Part shown: one piece after another, positions 31,043-40,941 of the stretch
Numbering within the stretch: position 1 is the stretch's first letter
Layout: every line of letters begins with the position of its first letter
Assembly: GCA_036376955.1 (NCBI GenBank)
Contig: DASUZI010000254.1
Span: forward strand, 1,792 to 65,791
Direction of reading: 5' to 3'
DNA: 64,000 bases
Source: Nitrososphaeraceae archaeon
Lineage (GTDB): Archaea; Thermoproteota; Nitrososphaeria; Nitrososphaerales; Nitrososphaeraceae
Notes under the pieces: generated by a model
The model's database searches: none
Told to the model about the DNA's origin: nothing
Seen by the model: the letters and a program-made list of their open reading frames with translations, nothing else
Program-made: the position numbers and the translations under genes

Positions 31043-32273
31043 CATAATAAAAAATCTAGATCCCGTAGTTTCGAATATATTGAATAAAGTACTGGATGGA
31101 AATAACATAAATCAAAATGAAACAATAGAACTCTTCAATTCTAGGGGAATGGAATTGAATATGATTGCTTTTGTTGCTAATCATCTTTGTAAAAGAAAAA
31201 AAGGAGAAATTGTAACCTATGTCATAAATCGAAATATAAATTTCACAAATGTGTGCATTAAAAGATGTGGATTTTGTGCTTTTAGTCGAGATTTCAGAGA
31301 AGAGGAAGGATATTTTTTACCTATTGAAGAAATAGTAAGAAGAGCAAAGGAGGCAGCAAAACTGGGTGCAACTGAGGTATGTATTCAAGCTGGGCTGCCT
31401 CCGAAAATGGACGGCATGTTATATGTAGATATATGCAAAGCTATTAAAAATGAGCTGCCTAATATTCATATTCATGCTTTTTCACCTGAAGAAATTCTAT
31501 ATGGGGCCAAAAGATCTAATAATTCAGTCCAAGATTATTTAAAAATTCTTAAAGAGGCAGGTTTAGGAAGTATTCCTGGAACTGCTGCGGAAATATTGGA
31601 CCAACAAATCAGAGATAAAATTTCCCCAGGAAGAATAAGTGTCAAAGACTGGATAAAAGTTGTTAAATGTGCACATTCCATTGGGATTAATTCAACTTCT
31701 ACTATCATGTATGGCCATATAGAAAGTTATACACATATTACTAAACACCTTAGCATACTAAAAGAAATACAAAAAGAAACTAGAGGGTTTACAGAATTTG
31801 TCCCATTGAGTTTTGTTCATTCGGAAGCACCAATGTATAATAGAAATCTTATCGACAGTATTAGAAATGGACCAACTGGAGTTGAAGTACTAAAAATGCA
31901 TGCCATTGCAAGAATTTATTTGAATAACTATATAGACAATATTCAGGTTTCATGGGTAAAAGAGGGACCAAGAATGGGACAGATCTTGTTAGAATCAGGT
32001 GCTAATGATTTCGGTGGAACATTGATTAACGAAAGCATTTCAACATCTGCAGGTGCATCCTTCGGCCAGCTATTGAAACCTAAGATGATCAGAAATTTAA
32101 TATATAAGATGGGCAAAATACCAGCTCAAAGAAAATCAGATTATCAAATTATTAAAACATTCTCAAGTGATAATTTGTTTGATGAAGAAATGCTTGATAA
32201 ATCTAATCCAGAAGATTTTGGGTCATATAAAGAATTAATAAAATTGGATCATTTTCGATTCAAAAGATCTTGA
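31029..32273 (+). CDS. cofH: FO synthase subunit CofH
   Basis: NINFTNVCIKRCGFCAF, PGTAAEIL, GFTEFVPL, NIQVSWVK, GANDFGGTL. Confidence 0.92.
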   Translation: MNLDSIIKNLDPVVSNILNKVLDGNNINQNETIELFNSRGMELNMIAFVANHLCKRKKGEIVTYVINRNINFTNVCIKRCGFCAFSRDFREEEGYFLPIEEIVRRAKEAAKLGATEVCIQAGLPPKMDGMLYVDICKAIKNELPNIHIHAFSPEEILYGAKRSNNSVQDYLKILKEAGLGSIPGTAAEILDQQIRDKISPGRISVKDWIKVVKCAHSIGINSTSTIMYGHIESYTHITKHLSILKEIQKETRGFTEFVPLSFVHSEAPMYNRNLIDSIRNGPTGVEVLKMHAIARIYLNNYIDNIQVSWVKEGPRMGQILLESGANDFGGTLINESISTSAGASFGQLLKPKMIRNLIYKMGKIPAQRKSDYQIIKTFSSDNLFDEEMLDKSNPEDFGSYKELIKLDHFRFKRS

Positions 32274-32379
32274 TATAGATTATTCTTTATTATAATCTAT
32301 GTTTAATGAAAATTGATAAATTATTTTATTGGTAAGATTTATCAATAGTAAACGCCGACCATTAAATTTGTATCTATTA

Positions 32380-34047
32380 ATGTCAAATACAGTAGAAAAG
32401 ACCTATAAATGGAAAACATTAGAGCATAATGGAGTAGCTTTTCCTCCTAATTACACTTTAAAAGGAATTAGTATTAAGATTAATAATGAAAAATTAGCAC
32501 TTAATAGCGAACAAGAAGAAATAGTCTATGCATGGGCTAAAAAGAAAGATACCCATTATATTAAAGATGTTATTTTTCAAAAGAATTTCATGAATGATTT
32601 TAAAAAAGTATTACCAACTAGATTCCACAATATGAATAATATAAATGAAATTGATTTTTCAGAAGCCTTTATCCTCGTTGATGAGGAAATTAAACACAAA
32701 ATAAGAGAGAAAGAAACAATACGAAGTTTAAGTAGAGAAGAAAAGAAGAAATTATTAGATGTAAAAAAACAAGAAAGAGAAAGACTAAAGAGTTTTTATG
32801 GAAAGGCCTTTGTTGATGGATTAGAAGTAGAAGTTGCCAACTGGTTAGTAGAACCTCCTGGTTTATTCATGGGAAGAGGATTACATCCACTTCGGGGAAG
32901 ATGGAAACCTAGAGTGGTTCCTCAAGATGTTATTTTGAATTTAGGAGAGGACGTACCTGTTCCTGAGGGGACATGGAAAAATATAGTTCATGATCATTCA
33001 TCAACATGGTTAGCAACTTGGACAGAAAAATTGACAGACAAGAGAAAATATGTTTGGTTACATGATTCAGCTTTTTTAAGACAAAATAATGATAAAGAAA
33101 AATACGACAGAGCTAAAAACCTCGAAAAATATGCAAACATGGTTCAGAAAGAGATCATAAACAGAATGATTATGTCAAAAGATGTAAATCAACGTAAAAT
33201 AGCAACAGTTTGTTATTTGATTCTTAAATTAGCTATGAGAGTAGGTGATGAAAAAGATAAAGATGAAGCAGATACTGTGGGTGCTTCTACATTGAGAGTG
33301 GAACATCTAAAATTTCCAGAAAAAGATGGTAAGAAGTTTATCGAACTTAATTTTTTAGGAAAAGATAGTGTCCCATGGCAAAAAACGTTGGAAATAAATT
33401 CAGAGGACACAAGAGGCTTATATAATAATCTTCTATTGTTTATGAGAGACAAAGGACACAATAGTGAAATTTTTGATAATATTAATTCTTCTAAGGTTAA
33501 TGCATTTTTAAGAAAAATAGATACAAAAAGAGTGCCAGGGTTAACTGCAAAAGTATTTAGGACTTATCTCGCAACAAAAATAGTAAAAGAAGCCTTAAAG
33601 AATCCACCTCTTAATGTAAATGCAGAATCATCAGAACCTAAAAAAATTTATGTAGCCAAAATTGCAAATCTAAAAGCAGCGATCGCCTGTAATCATAAGA
33701 AGGGAATTGATCCAAATAACCCTGCGAGTAAAAAGGCATTGGAAAGATTTGCAGAATCGATAACCAAAAAGGAAGAGGCCATTGAAAAAATAAATAATGA
33801 TATATTGTCTAATAACTGGAAAACAGAAAAACAGAAAAACAAACTAAAACATAGAATGGAGAAAATTCAGTATCAGTTAAAACTACAAAAAGAAACACGT
33901 GATTATAACTTGGGTACGTCTTTAAGAAATTATATTGATCCTAGGATCATGAAAACTTGGCTAGACTACGTAGGATTAGATTGGAAAAAGGTTTATACTA
34001 CTACTTTACAGAGAAAATTTAGATGGATTGAATTATCATATAAATAA
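32380..34047 (+). CDS. DNA topoisomerase IB
   Basis: WKTLEHNG, EPPGLFMGRG.HPLRG, MRVGDEKD..EADTVG, FLGKDS, TAKVFRTY, ACNH, GTSLRNYIDPR (catalytic Tyr). ATG at 32380 preferred over TTG at 32329. Confidence 0.95.
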   Translation: MSNTVEKTYKWKTLEHNGVAFPPNYTLKGISIKINNEKLALNSEQEEIVYAWAKKKDTHYIKDVIFQKNFMNDFKKVLPTRFHNMNNINEIDFSEAFILVDEEIKHKIREKETIRSLSREEKKKLLDVKKQERERLKSFYGKAFVDGLEVEVANWLVEPPGLFMGRGLHPLRGRWKPRVVPQDVILNLGEDVPVPEGTWKNIVHDHSSTWLATWTEKLTDKRKYVWLHDSAFLRQNNDKEKYDRAKNLEKYANMVQKEIINRMIMSKDVNQRKIATVCYLILKLAMRVGDEKDKDEADTVGASTLRVEHLKFPEKDGKKFIELNFLGKDSVPWQKTLEINSEDTRGLYNNLLLFMRDKGHNSEIFDNINSSKVNAFLRKIDTKRVPGLTAKVFRTYLATKIVKEALKNPPLNVNAESSEPKKIYVAKIANLKAAIACNHKKGIDPNNPASKKALERFAESITKKEEAIEKINNDILSNNWKTEKQKNKLKHRMEKIQYQLKLQKETRDYNLGTSLRNYIDPRIMKTWLDYVGLDWKKVYTTTLQRKFRWIELSYK

Positions 34048-34209
34048 TTTGACTTGAAATATTGAAATCTTTTATTATATAATTTATATTAAAAATAGAA
34101 AAGCTACAGTATTTTTGATTCGTTATTAATTTAAAAAGTTTGAGAAATTAAAATATTAATAGAATATATATAACATTCGAAATAACAGGAATGAAACGCT
34201 GCTGAGCTT

Positions 34210-34284
34210 GCCGGAGTGGCTCAGCTTGGTTAGAGCGTTCGACTCATAATCGAAAGGTCGCGGGCTCGAATCCCGCCTCCGGCA
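34210..34284 (+). tRNA. tRNA-Met(CAT), probably elongator
   Basis: GCCGGAG/CTCCGGC acceptor stem, TTCGA-CTCATAA-TCGAA anticodon arm, GCGGG-CTCGAAT-CCCGC T arm; G1-C72 argues against the initiator. Confidence 0.92.
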
Positions 34285-34489
34285 TTGGTTTTACTTATAT
34301 TCTGCGACAAAAATAAATATGAAATGTTAAAACTAGGTGAAGAATTATGTTGTTCTCAAAATATAAAAAACTGATATCTTATATTTGGTATTTTTATTCT
34401 CGACATGATAAATATTATTAAATTTAATAACTTGATGTCATATTATTTATATAACTGAAATAGCGGATAGTGAAAATGAATAAAAGAGG

Positions 34490-35155
34490 TTGATACCAAA
34501 AAGTAAAAGGTTTGTATTATTAATAGTTATATTTATAATTTTATCATTTTTAGTTACTGTTAAAGCAACAAATAACATTGATAATTTAATCTCTGATTTT
34601 TTCTTTCATCTAGGAGGAAATCCTACTATGGATATGTTTATGATTATTGTCTCTTCAATCGGTGACTTATTTACTATGTTAATTATAGGAATGATCTTAA
34701 CTATATTAAAAAGAACGAGAAAAATTGGCTTGATTTTTCTAATATCCATTGTAGTTCTATCTATATCTATAATGTATCTTAAACCCTTAATTAATCGGAC
34801 ATCACCTCTCGAACAATATATTCCGCAATATCAGGTTCCTGCCAATTATACTATTGAAAAAGATAGTATGATGCCATTTGCACAAAATTTATCCTTTCCC
34901 TCAAATCATGTTGCACGGAATACTGCTTTTATAATAATTATTGGATATTGGTTTTATTTTGTTAAAAACAATACATGGCTTGGAAAATTATTATGGACCT
35001 TTCCTATATTGATAGGTTTGAGTAGGCTATACCTTCTCTATAATTATTTTTTTGACATATTAGGAGGAGTATTATACGGCATGATAATTACAGTAGCCCT
35101 CGTTAACATATTGAAATTGAAGGAAGGATTTTCAACAAATAAATTTAACACCTAA
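34490..35155 (+). CDS. PAP2-family phosphatase-like membrane protein
   Basis: LKPLINRTSP, SFPSNH, GLSRLYL...DILGG (the third-motif His appears replaced). Confidence 0.75.
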   Translation: MIPKSKRFVLLIVIFIILSFLVTVKATNNIDNLISDFFFHLGGNPTMDMFMIIVSSIGDLFTMLIIGMILTILKRTRKIGLIFLISIVVLSISIMYLKPLINRTSPLEQYIPQYQVPANYTIEKDSMMPFAQNLSFPSNHVARNTAFIIIIGYWFYFVKNNTWLGKLLWTFPILIGLSRLYLLYNYFFDILGGVLYGMIITVALVNILKLKEGFSTNKFNT

Positions 35156-35165
35156 CTAATTATCC

Positions 35166-35495
35166 TTATGGATTTTTTGTATATTCAGAGTGTATTATAA
35201 TCCAACCAAAATGTTTTGTATCATGTATATATCTAATTTCTCTCATCTTTGTTTTTATTTTTCGTTGTCTCAATTGAGAAGTAAATTCTGATTGAAGATT
35301 ATAGCCAATTTTTCTTGCTAAATTATTATTGTCTTCTTTTCTTGGTAATAGAATTCTATAACTAAAATCATTAGTGCTTAATAATTTAAGGTAATCAAGG
35401 ATCATGATATCACAGACAGATTTTACTTGTTCTAATGTATCTAGTACCAGAGTTTTTTTTACTGGAAATTCTCTCCAAAATGAAGAACTTGACAT
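35166..35495 (-). CDS. Hypothetical protein
   Basis: 109-aa ATG ORF downstream of sufU. Confidence 0.65.
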   Translation of the reverse strand: MSSSSFWREFPVKKTLVLDTLEQVKSVCDIMILDYLKLLSTNDFSYRILLPRKEDNNNLARKIGYNLQSEFTSQLRQRKIKTKMREIRYIHDTKHFGWIIIHSEYTKNP

Positions 35496-35545
35496 AAAGA
35501 GAATTTAGGTTTTAAAAAAAGATTATGGTTTAAATTAAAACAACT

Positions 35546-35974
35546 TTAGAAAAGATTAGAATCTTTTTCCATTTCTTCAGCTGTAGTAGGTTCTTTGTCA
35601 GAATAATATTTGACCATTCCCATCTTTAAGACCTTTAGAGATAGTAAGGCACATTTTATCCTTGCAGGGCCTAAGTTAGTTAATCCAATATTTTCTAATA
35701 CGTCATCTTTGGATATATCTTTAGCTGTAGTCAAAGGTTTATTCATAACCATCTCAGTTAGCATAGATGCACTAGCTTGGCTAATAGCACATCCCTTGCC
35801 ATCGAATTTAATATCTTTAATTTGTCCCTCTACTACATTGAGATAAATATCAATTTGATCACCACATAGCGGATTGCTATCGTGGATGATAACATTTGCA
35901 TTATCAATCTTTCCTTTATTTCTAGGATTTCGATAATGATCTAGAATAATTTCTCTATAAATATCATCACTCAA
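35546..35974 (-). CDS. sufU: SufU/IscU-like Fe-S scaffold or sulfur-transfer protein
   Basis: ILDHYRNPRN, NPLCGD, GCAISQASAS, RIKCA. Confidence 0.9.
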   Translation of the reverse strand: MSDDIYREIILDHYRNPRNKGKIDNANVIIHDSNPLCGDQIDIYLNVVEGQIKDIKFDGKGCAISQASASMLTEMVMNKPLTTAKDISKDDVLENIGLTNLGPARIKCALLSLKVLKMGMVKYYSDKEPTTAEEMEKDSNLF

Positions 35975-37212
35975 AGTTGAAACAGTCTAATAGCTTCGCC
36001 TAACGCATTAATAAAGATATTGATCTCCTCTTTCGTATTGTAAATATAGAAACTAATCCTGGATGTTGCAGATACATCTAGTTTTTCCATTAACACTTGG
36101 GCACAATGGTGACCAGAACGAATTGCAATGGAGTGCTCATTTAAAATAGTGGCCAAATCATGAGGATGGATATCACCTAAATTAAAGGATATAATTCCTC
36201 CACGGTTTTGTAGGTTAATATCTCCGTATAGTTTCATTTGTTTAAGTTCAGACATCTTTTCTAAGGCGTATTTTGTTAACTCAATTTCATGGTTTCTGAT
36301 ATGATCCATCCCTATTTCATTCAGATATTCTAAAGCTGAACTAAAACCAATAACATCAGCTATATTTGGAGTACCTGCTTCAAATTTATAAGGTAAATCA
36401 TTAAAGAATGTGTTTTCTTTATGTACTTCTTTGATCATATCACCTCCACAAATAAATGGGTCCATTCCTTCTAAGATTTTTTTTTTCCCATACAAAATTC
36501 CAACTCCTGTGGGTCCTAACATTTTATGAGCGGAAAAAGCGAGGAAGTCACAATCCAGAGAGGCTACATCTGTTGTTAAATGAGGAACAGACTGAGCACC
36601 ATCAACAAATACAGGTATGTTATAAGTATGGGCCAAGTCTATGATCTTCTTGATTGGTATAATATTGCCAAGTGCATTTGACATATGACATAAAGAAATT
36701 AATTTGGTGTTATTATTATTAAGATAAAATTCTAATTCATTTAAGTTTAAATTTCCAGTTTCATCAATTCTTAAATATTTTATTTGGGCATTTTTTTCTT
36801 TCGCTAACATTTGCCAAGGAACAATATTGCTATGGTGTTCTTGTTCTGATAAAATTATAAGATCTCCCTTTTTAATATTCTGTCTACCCCAACTGTAGGA
36901 AACTAAATTTATTGCTTCAGTAGCATTGCGAGTAAAAATTATTTCTTGAGGAGAATTTGCATTAATAAATTTACATACTTTTTTTCTTGTTAATTCATAA
37001 GCATTCGTCGCTTCTTCTGCTATATCATAAACAGCTCTGTGTATATTAGAATTATATGAAGAATAATAATCCACAATTTTATTTATAACTGATAACGGTT
37101 TTTGAGTCGTCGATGCATTATCGAAATACACAAACGGCTTGCCATTAATTTTGCGAGTCAGAATTGGAAAATCTTTACGTATTTTATTCGTTTCCAACTC
37201 GGATGATTGCAT
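35971..37212 (-). CDS. sufS: Cysteine desulfurase, group II
   Basis: YFDNASTTQKP, EHHSN, DGAQ, FSAHKMLGPTG, RSGHHCAQ. Confidence 0.95.
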   Translation of the reverse strand: MQSSELETNKIRKDFPILTRKINGKPFVYFDNASTTQKPLSVINKIVDYYSSYNSNIHRAVYDIAEEATNAYELTRKKVCKFINANSPQEIIFTRNATEAINLVSYSWGRQNIKKGDLIILSEQEHHSNIVPWQMLAKEKNAQIKYLRIDETGNLNLNELEFYLNNNNTKLISLCHMSNALGNIIPIKKIIDLAHTYNIPVFVDGAQSVPHLTTDVASLDCDFLAFSAHKMLGPTGVGILYGKKKILEGMDPFICGGDMIKEVHKENTFFNDLPYKFEAGTPNIADVIGFSSALEYLNEIGMDHIRNHEIELTKYALEKMSELKQMKLYGDINLQNRGGIISFNLGDIHPHDLATILNEHSIAIRSGHHCAQVLMEKLDVSATSRISFYIYNTKEEINIFINALGEAIRLFQL

Positions 37213-37310
37213 TATACTGTTTATTATTATAGCAGTAAATATAAATGGATGGAAGGAAAATAAAAATTGCCATTATTTCTAAGATTAGATGTCTCGGATA
37301 ACCTGTATTA

Positions 37311-37754
37311 TTACCTTTTTTTGCTGGTCCAATACGTTCCTCCTTCTTTTTTCCATTTTAAGTAATCGTGTATCAAAAGTTTGTGATCAAATGCAATTTG
37401 TATTTCATCTATTTTATTTATTGGAATCCATGAAGTTTCGTGGGCGTCATCGCCAGCAGTAGGAATTCCTCTAATGACTAAGACTATAAAGACAACGGTC
37501 ATTATGTGTCCCCTTGGATCTCTAGTTGGGTCAGAATATACCCCTAGAATGTCAATCGGATGGACCTCTAATGATGTTTCTTCATACACTTCTCTAACAA
37601 TAGCATCTTCGATGGTTTCTCCTTCATTTACAAATCCTCCCGGTAATGCAAATTGATTTTTAAAAGGATAGTTCTTTCGCTTGACGAGTAATAGTGAAGA
37701 AGACTTTTGAATAATAGCATCAACTGTAGGAACTGGATTTTTATAGACTTTCAA
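37311..37754 (-). CDS. NUDIX hydrolase (ADP-ribose pyrophosphatase-like)
   Basis: ALPGGFVNEGETIEDAIVREVYEET, RDPRGH, AGDDA, AFDH. Confidence 0.88.
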   Translation of the reverse strand: MKVYKNPVPTVDAIIQKSSSLLLVKRKNYPFKNQFALPGGFVNEGETIEDAIVREVYEETSLEVHPIDILGVYSDPTRDPRGHIMTVVFIVLVIRGIPTAGDDAHETSWIPINKIDEIQIAFDHKLLIHDYLKWKKEGGTYWTSKKR

Positions 37755-37811
37755 GAGCTTCTCTCATTGAAAATTGAAAATAATATATATGTTTAACCAA
37801 ATTATTTAGAC

Positions 37812-38054
37812 ATGCAGTTATTATGGAGAGAGCCTTGGTTAAAACCTTTGATAGATTACGATATTGATTCTGAAGATTGTAGCTTATGTAAAGGAAAATT
37901 TGATGATATATCTTTCGTGACCTCATGTGAATTTTGTCTTATAGGCATTATGCATGACAAATGTGCTAATTTACACATATTAGAAAGTCATTTATCCGAA
38001 TTAAATACAAAAATCATACAACATAAAGAGAAATCACTACATGATTTTCAATAA
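37812..38054 (+). CDS. Small Cys/His-rich hypothetical protein
   Basis: CSLC, CEFC...MHDKC...H. Confidence 0.6.
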   Translation: MQLLWREPWLKPLIDYDIDSEDCSLCKGKFDDISFVTSCEFCLIGIMHDKCANLHILESHLSELNTKIIQHKEKSLHDFQ

Positions 38055-38201
38055 AATTTCTTTTTAATAATTAATTATTAATTATTTACAAGTTGTTTTA
38101 TCTGATTGTCTTTATCTATATCTCTACTATTATAACAAAAAATTATTGTTAAAATTTGGAAGTCAAAAATCCTTTAGATTTTTGGTATTAACGTTAAATT
38201 T

Positions 38202-38993
38202 TTATTTTTGAACTTTTTCTCTTAGTTGAGGAGTAGATGAGATTAGTTTTTTAGTATATTCATTTTTTGGAGAAAAAATAATTTCTTTGGTAGTGTTAAA
38301 CTCGATAATTTTTCCTGCGAACATAATTCCTATTTTGTCTACCAATGCAGAAATTAAAGCAAGATCATGAGAAATTAAAATTATACTTATTCCTTTTTCC
38401 TTAAGCTTTTGCAATACCTTAATTATTTGTGCCTGAACGAGAACATCTAACGCCGTAGTCGGTTCATCAGCAATAATAATATCTGGTTCAAGCAATAATG
38501 CTAAAGCAATAACAACTCTTTGTTTCATACCTCCACTTAACTCATGAGGATATTTTTGTAAAACAGATTTCTCTAATCCCACATTTTCTAGAATTGTTAT
38601 TACCTTATTATTATCATATAATTGACCGTGGGTTTCATATACATCTTTAATCTGGGATTTTATTGGATATACAGGATCTAATGAATTAAGGGCTCCTTGA
38701 AAAATTATAGAAATTCTCTTCCATCTAATTTTTGAATCAAATTCTTTATCAGATAACTTGGTTATCTCTTCTCCATCGAGAAAAATATTTCCTCTTGTTA
38801 TTTTACCAGGAGGTGATATATTTCTCATTATTGCAGAAACCAGGGTACTTTTCCCACATCCCGATTCTCCAGCAATCCCAAGTGATTCACATGATTTTAA
38901 TTCTAAAGATACATTGTCAACTGCATTAATACATTTATTATGTAAAAAGTAAGAGACATTTAGATCATTTATTAGTAACTTATTTTTTAACAA
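38202..38993 (-). CDS. Oligopeptide/dipeptide ABC transporter ATP-binding protein
   Basis: GESGCGKS, YPHELSGGMKQR, IIADEPTTALD, ISHD. Confidence 0.92.
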   Translation of the reverse strand: MLKNKLLINDLNVSYFLHNKCINAVDNVSLELKSCESLGIAGESGCGKSTLVSAIMRNISPPGKITRGNIFLDGEEITKLSDKEFDSKIRWKRISIIFQGALNSLDPVYPIKSQIKDVYETHGQLYDNNKVITILENVGLEKSVLQKYPHELSGGMKQRVVIALALLLEPDIIIADEPTTALDVLVQAQIIKVLQKLKEKGISIILISHDLALISALVDKIGIMFAGKIIEFNTTKEIIFSPKNEYTKKLISSTPQLREKVQK

Positions 38994-39090
38994 ATCTAAA
39001 ACTTATCAACCCTGAATAAATATATTTTCAATTTTTATAGCATTTGAGCTATATATATATGGACCGATTAGCATTATTGATTGAGAATAG

Positions 39091-39597
39091 TTGAAAACTC
39101 CTATTTGTTCTTTTGATGCTAAAACAGGAATTTTATGTTCAAGATGTGAATCCAAATTGAAAACTGGTCACTTGACTGTTGGAGATATTGAGGCTTCGAT
39201 GAAATTAACTGGATTAGCGGATAAAAATAATATAATTGATAAATTTGTACTAGTAGGAGCCCACAAAATTGATGAAGGATTGGTGCTGATACTCCCCACA
39301 TCAGATATTAGTATATTACGTTCGAATTTTGAATTATTAAATTATATAAAACATGAGTTTAACAACGGTGTTTGGTTCATTGAAAGTGGTGCAACTGAGA
39401 GAAGATTTATTGAAAATTTAATATTCCCAGTTAAGATTGCTTCCATCAATTTAGTTTGGCTTCCTGATGGAAACAAACTGACGAAAATAATTATCTCTAA
39501 CAAAAAAAATCAAAATATTAAAATGGATACCAATTTAATTACTAAAATTGCAAAAGAAATGAGAAATATAGAATTACTCGTCGAGTATATCGATTAA
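39091..39597 (+). CDS. Archaeal NusA-like KH-domain protein with N-terminal zinc motif
   Basis: MKTPICSFDAKTGILCSRCE; WLPDG. Confidence 0.7.
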   Translation: MKTPICSFDAKTGILCSRCESKLKTGHLTVGDIEASMKLTGLADKNNIIDKFVLVGAHKIDEGLVLILPTSDISILRSNFELLNYIKHEFNNGVWFIESGATERRFIENLIFPVKIASINLVWLPDGNKLTKIIISNKKNQNIKMDTNLITKIAKEMRNIELLVEYID

Positions 39598-39648
39598 GTG
39601 TGATCAATATGGAAAAAATGAAATAAACCACATTAGATATAAATTTAA

Positions 39649-40941
39649 TTGAAAGAGAAGTTTAAAAGAACAAATTTTGCTAAAGAATTAAAAGAAGATA
39701 CTATTGGACAGAAAGTAAATGTAGCGGGATGGATTGAAGACATTCGCGATATAGGAAAAATAATATTTTTAGTAATGAGAGATATAACAGGTCGAATCCA
39801 AGTAATAGTTGATCCAGAAAAGTTTCCACAAGTTAGGGATATACCTAGACAGAGCTCTATCATACTTTCTGGAACTATACAAAGAAGCAAAGCAAAAGAG
39901 ATGAAAGTAGAGCTTAAATTAGAAGAGATCGTAGAAATATATTATTCTAAACATCCTCTTCCGATTGACCCTACTGGACGATTAGAGTCAGCAATCGATA
40001 AGAGATTAAATGCAAGGGCATTAGACTTAAGGAATGAAAATGTTTCTAAATTATTTGTTATAAGATCTTATGCATTAGAAATAGTAAGACAAACTTTAAG
40101 AGAGTTGGCATTTCTTGAGGTCAATACTCCTAAAATTATTGGAAGTGCAAGCGAAGGAGGTGCAAATTTATTTGAATTTGATTATTTTAAGAATAAAGCA
40201 TACCTTGCTCAAAGTCCTCAGCTCTATAAGGAACAACTGATATTAGCAATGGATCGTGTATTTGAAATCGCTCCATATTTTAGAGCAGAGAATTCTAATA
40301 CTGTAAGGCATTTAACTGAATTTTATAGTGTAGATATTGAAGGGGCTTTTTTAGACTATTTTGATATAATGGAGATAATGGAACGATTAATAAAGAATGT
40401 TATAATAGGTGTAAACAATTTAGGTTATCTAGATTTTAAAACAAGTGAATTTATAAAAAAGACTATAGCGACAAAATTTGAAAGACTAACCTATCAATCC
40501 TGTATTCAAGAATTAAAAGAAAATGGTGAAAATGTAGTATATGGAGACGATTTATCAGATTTATCCTTACGAAAATTAGGTGATTTACATCCAGGTTTTT
40601 ATTTTATAACTGAGTGGCCTCTAAAGTTAAAACCTTTTTATATTCTTGAAAACGAATATGACAATTTTCTTTCTGATTCATTTGACTTGCAACTTGGTTA
40701 TCTAGAATTAATATCAGGTGGTTCACGACAACACGATCCAAATAAAATTAGAAATAGATTAGCAGACCAGGGCCTTCAACCAGATGATTTTTCAGAGCAC
40801 TTAAAGGTGTTTGATTGGGGAATGCCTCCCCACGCCGGATGTGGTCTAGGATTAGATAGATTGATAATGAGTTTAACTGGGTCAATAAATATAAGAGAAG
40901 TAGTATTATATCCAAGAGATCCAGATAGAATTAGTCCTTGA
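39649..40941 (+). CDS. aspS: Aspartyl-tRNA synthetase
   Basis: SEGGANLF, YLAQSPQLYKE, FRAENSNTVRHLTEF, GMPPHAGCGLGLDR, YPRDPDR. Confidence 0.95.
   Translation: MKEKFKRTNFAKELKEDTIGQKVNVAGWIEDIRDIGKIIFLVMRDITGRIQVIVDPEKFPQVRDIPRQSSIILSGTIQRSKAKEMKVELKLEEIVEIYYSKHPLPIDPTGRLESAIDKRLNARALDLRNENVSKLFVIRSYALEIVRQTLRELAFLEVNTPKIIGSASEGGANLFEFDYFKNKAYLAQSPQLYKEQLILAMDRVFEIAPYFRAENSNTVRHLTEFYSVDIEGAFLDYFDIMEIMERLIKNVIIGVNNLGYLDFKTSEFIKKTIATKFERLTYQSCIQELKENGENVVYGDDLSDLSLRKLGDLHPGFYFITEWPLKLKPFYILENEYDNFLSDSFDLQLGYLELISGGSRQHDPNKIRNRLADQGLQPDDFSEHLKVFDWGMPPHAGCGLGLDRLIMSLTGSINIREVVLYPRDPDRISP

Noticed and set aside
34210-34284. Initiator tRNA-Met or tRNA-Ile2 identity
   Set aside because: It lacks A1-U72 and the three G-C anticodon-stem pairs of initiators; the GCCGGAG acceptor fits elongator Met better than GGGCCC-type Ile.
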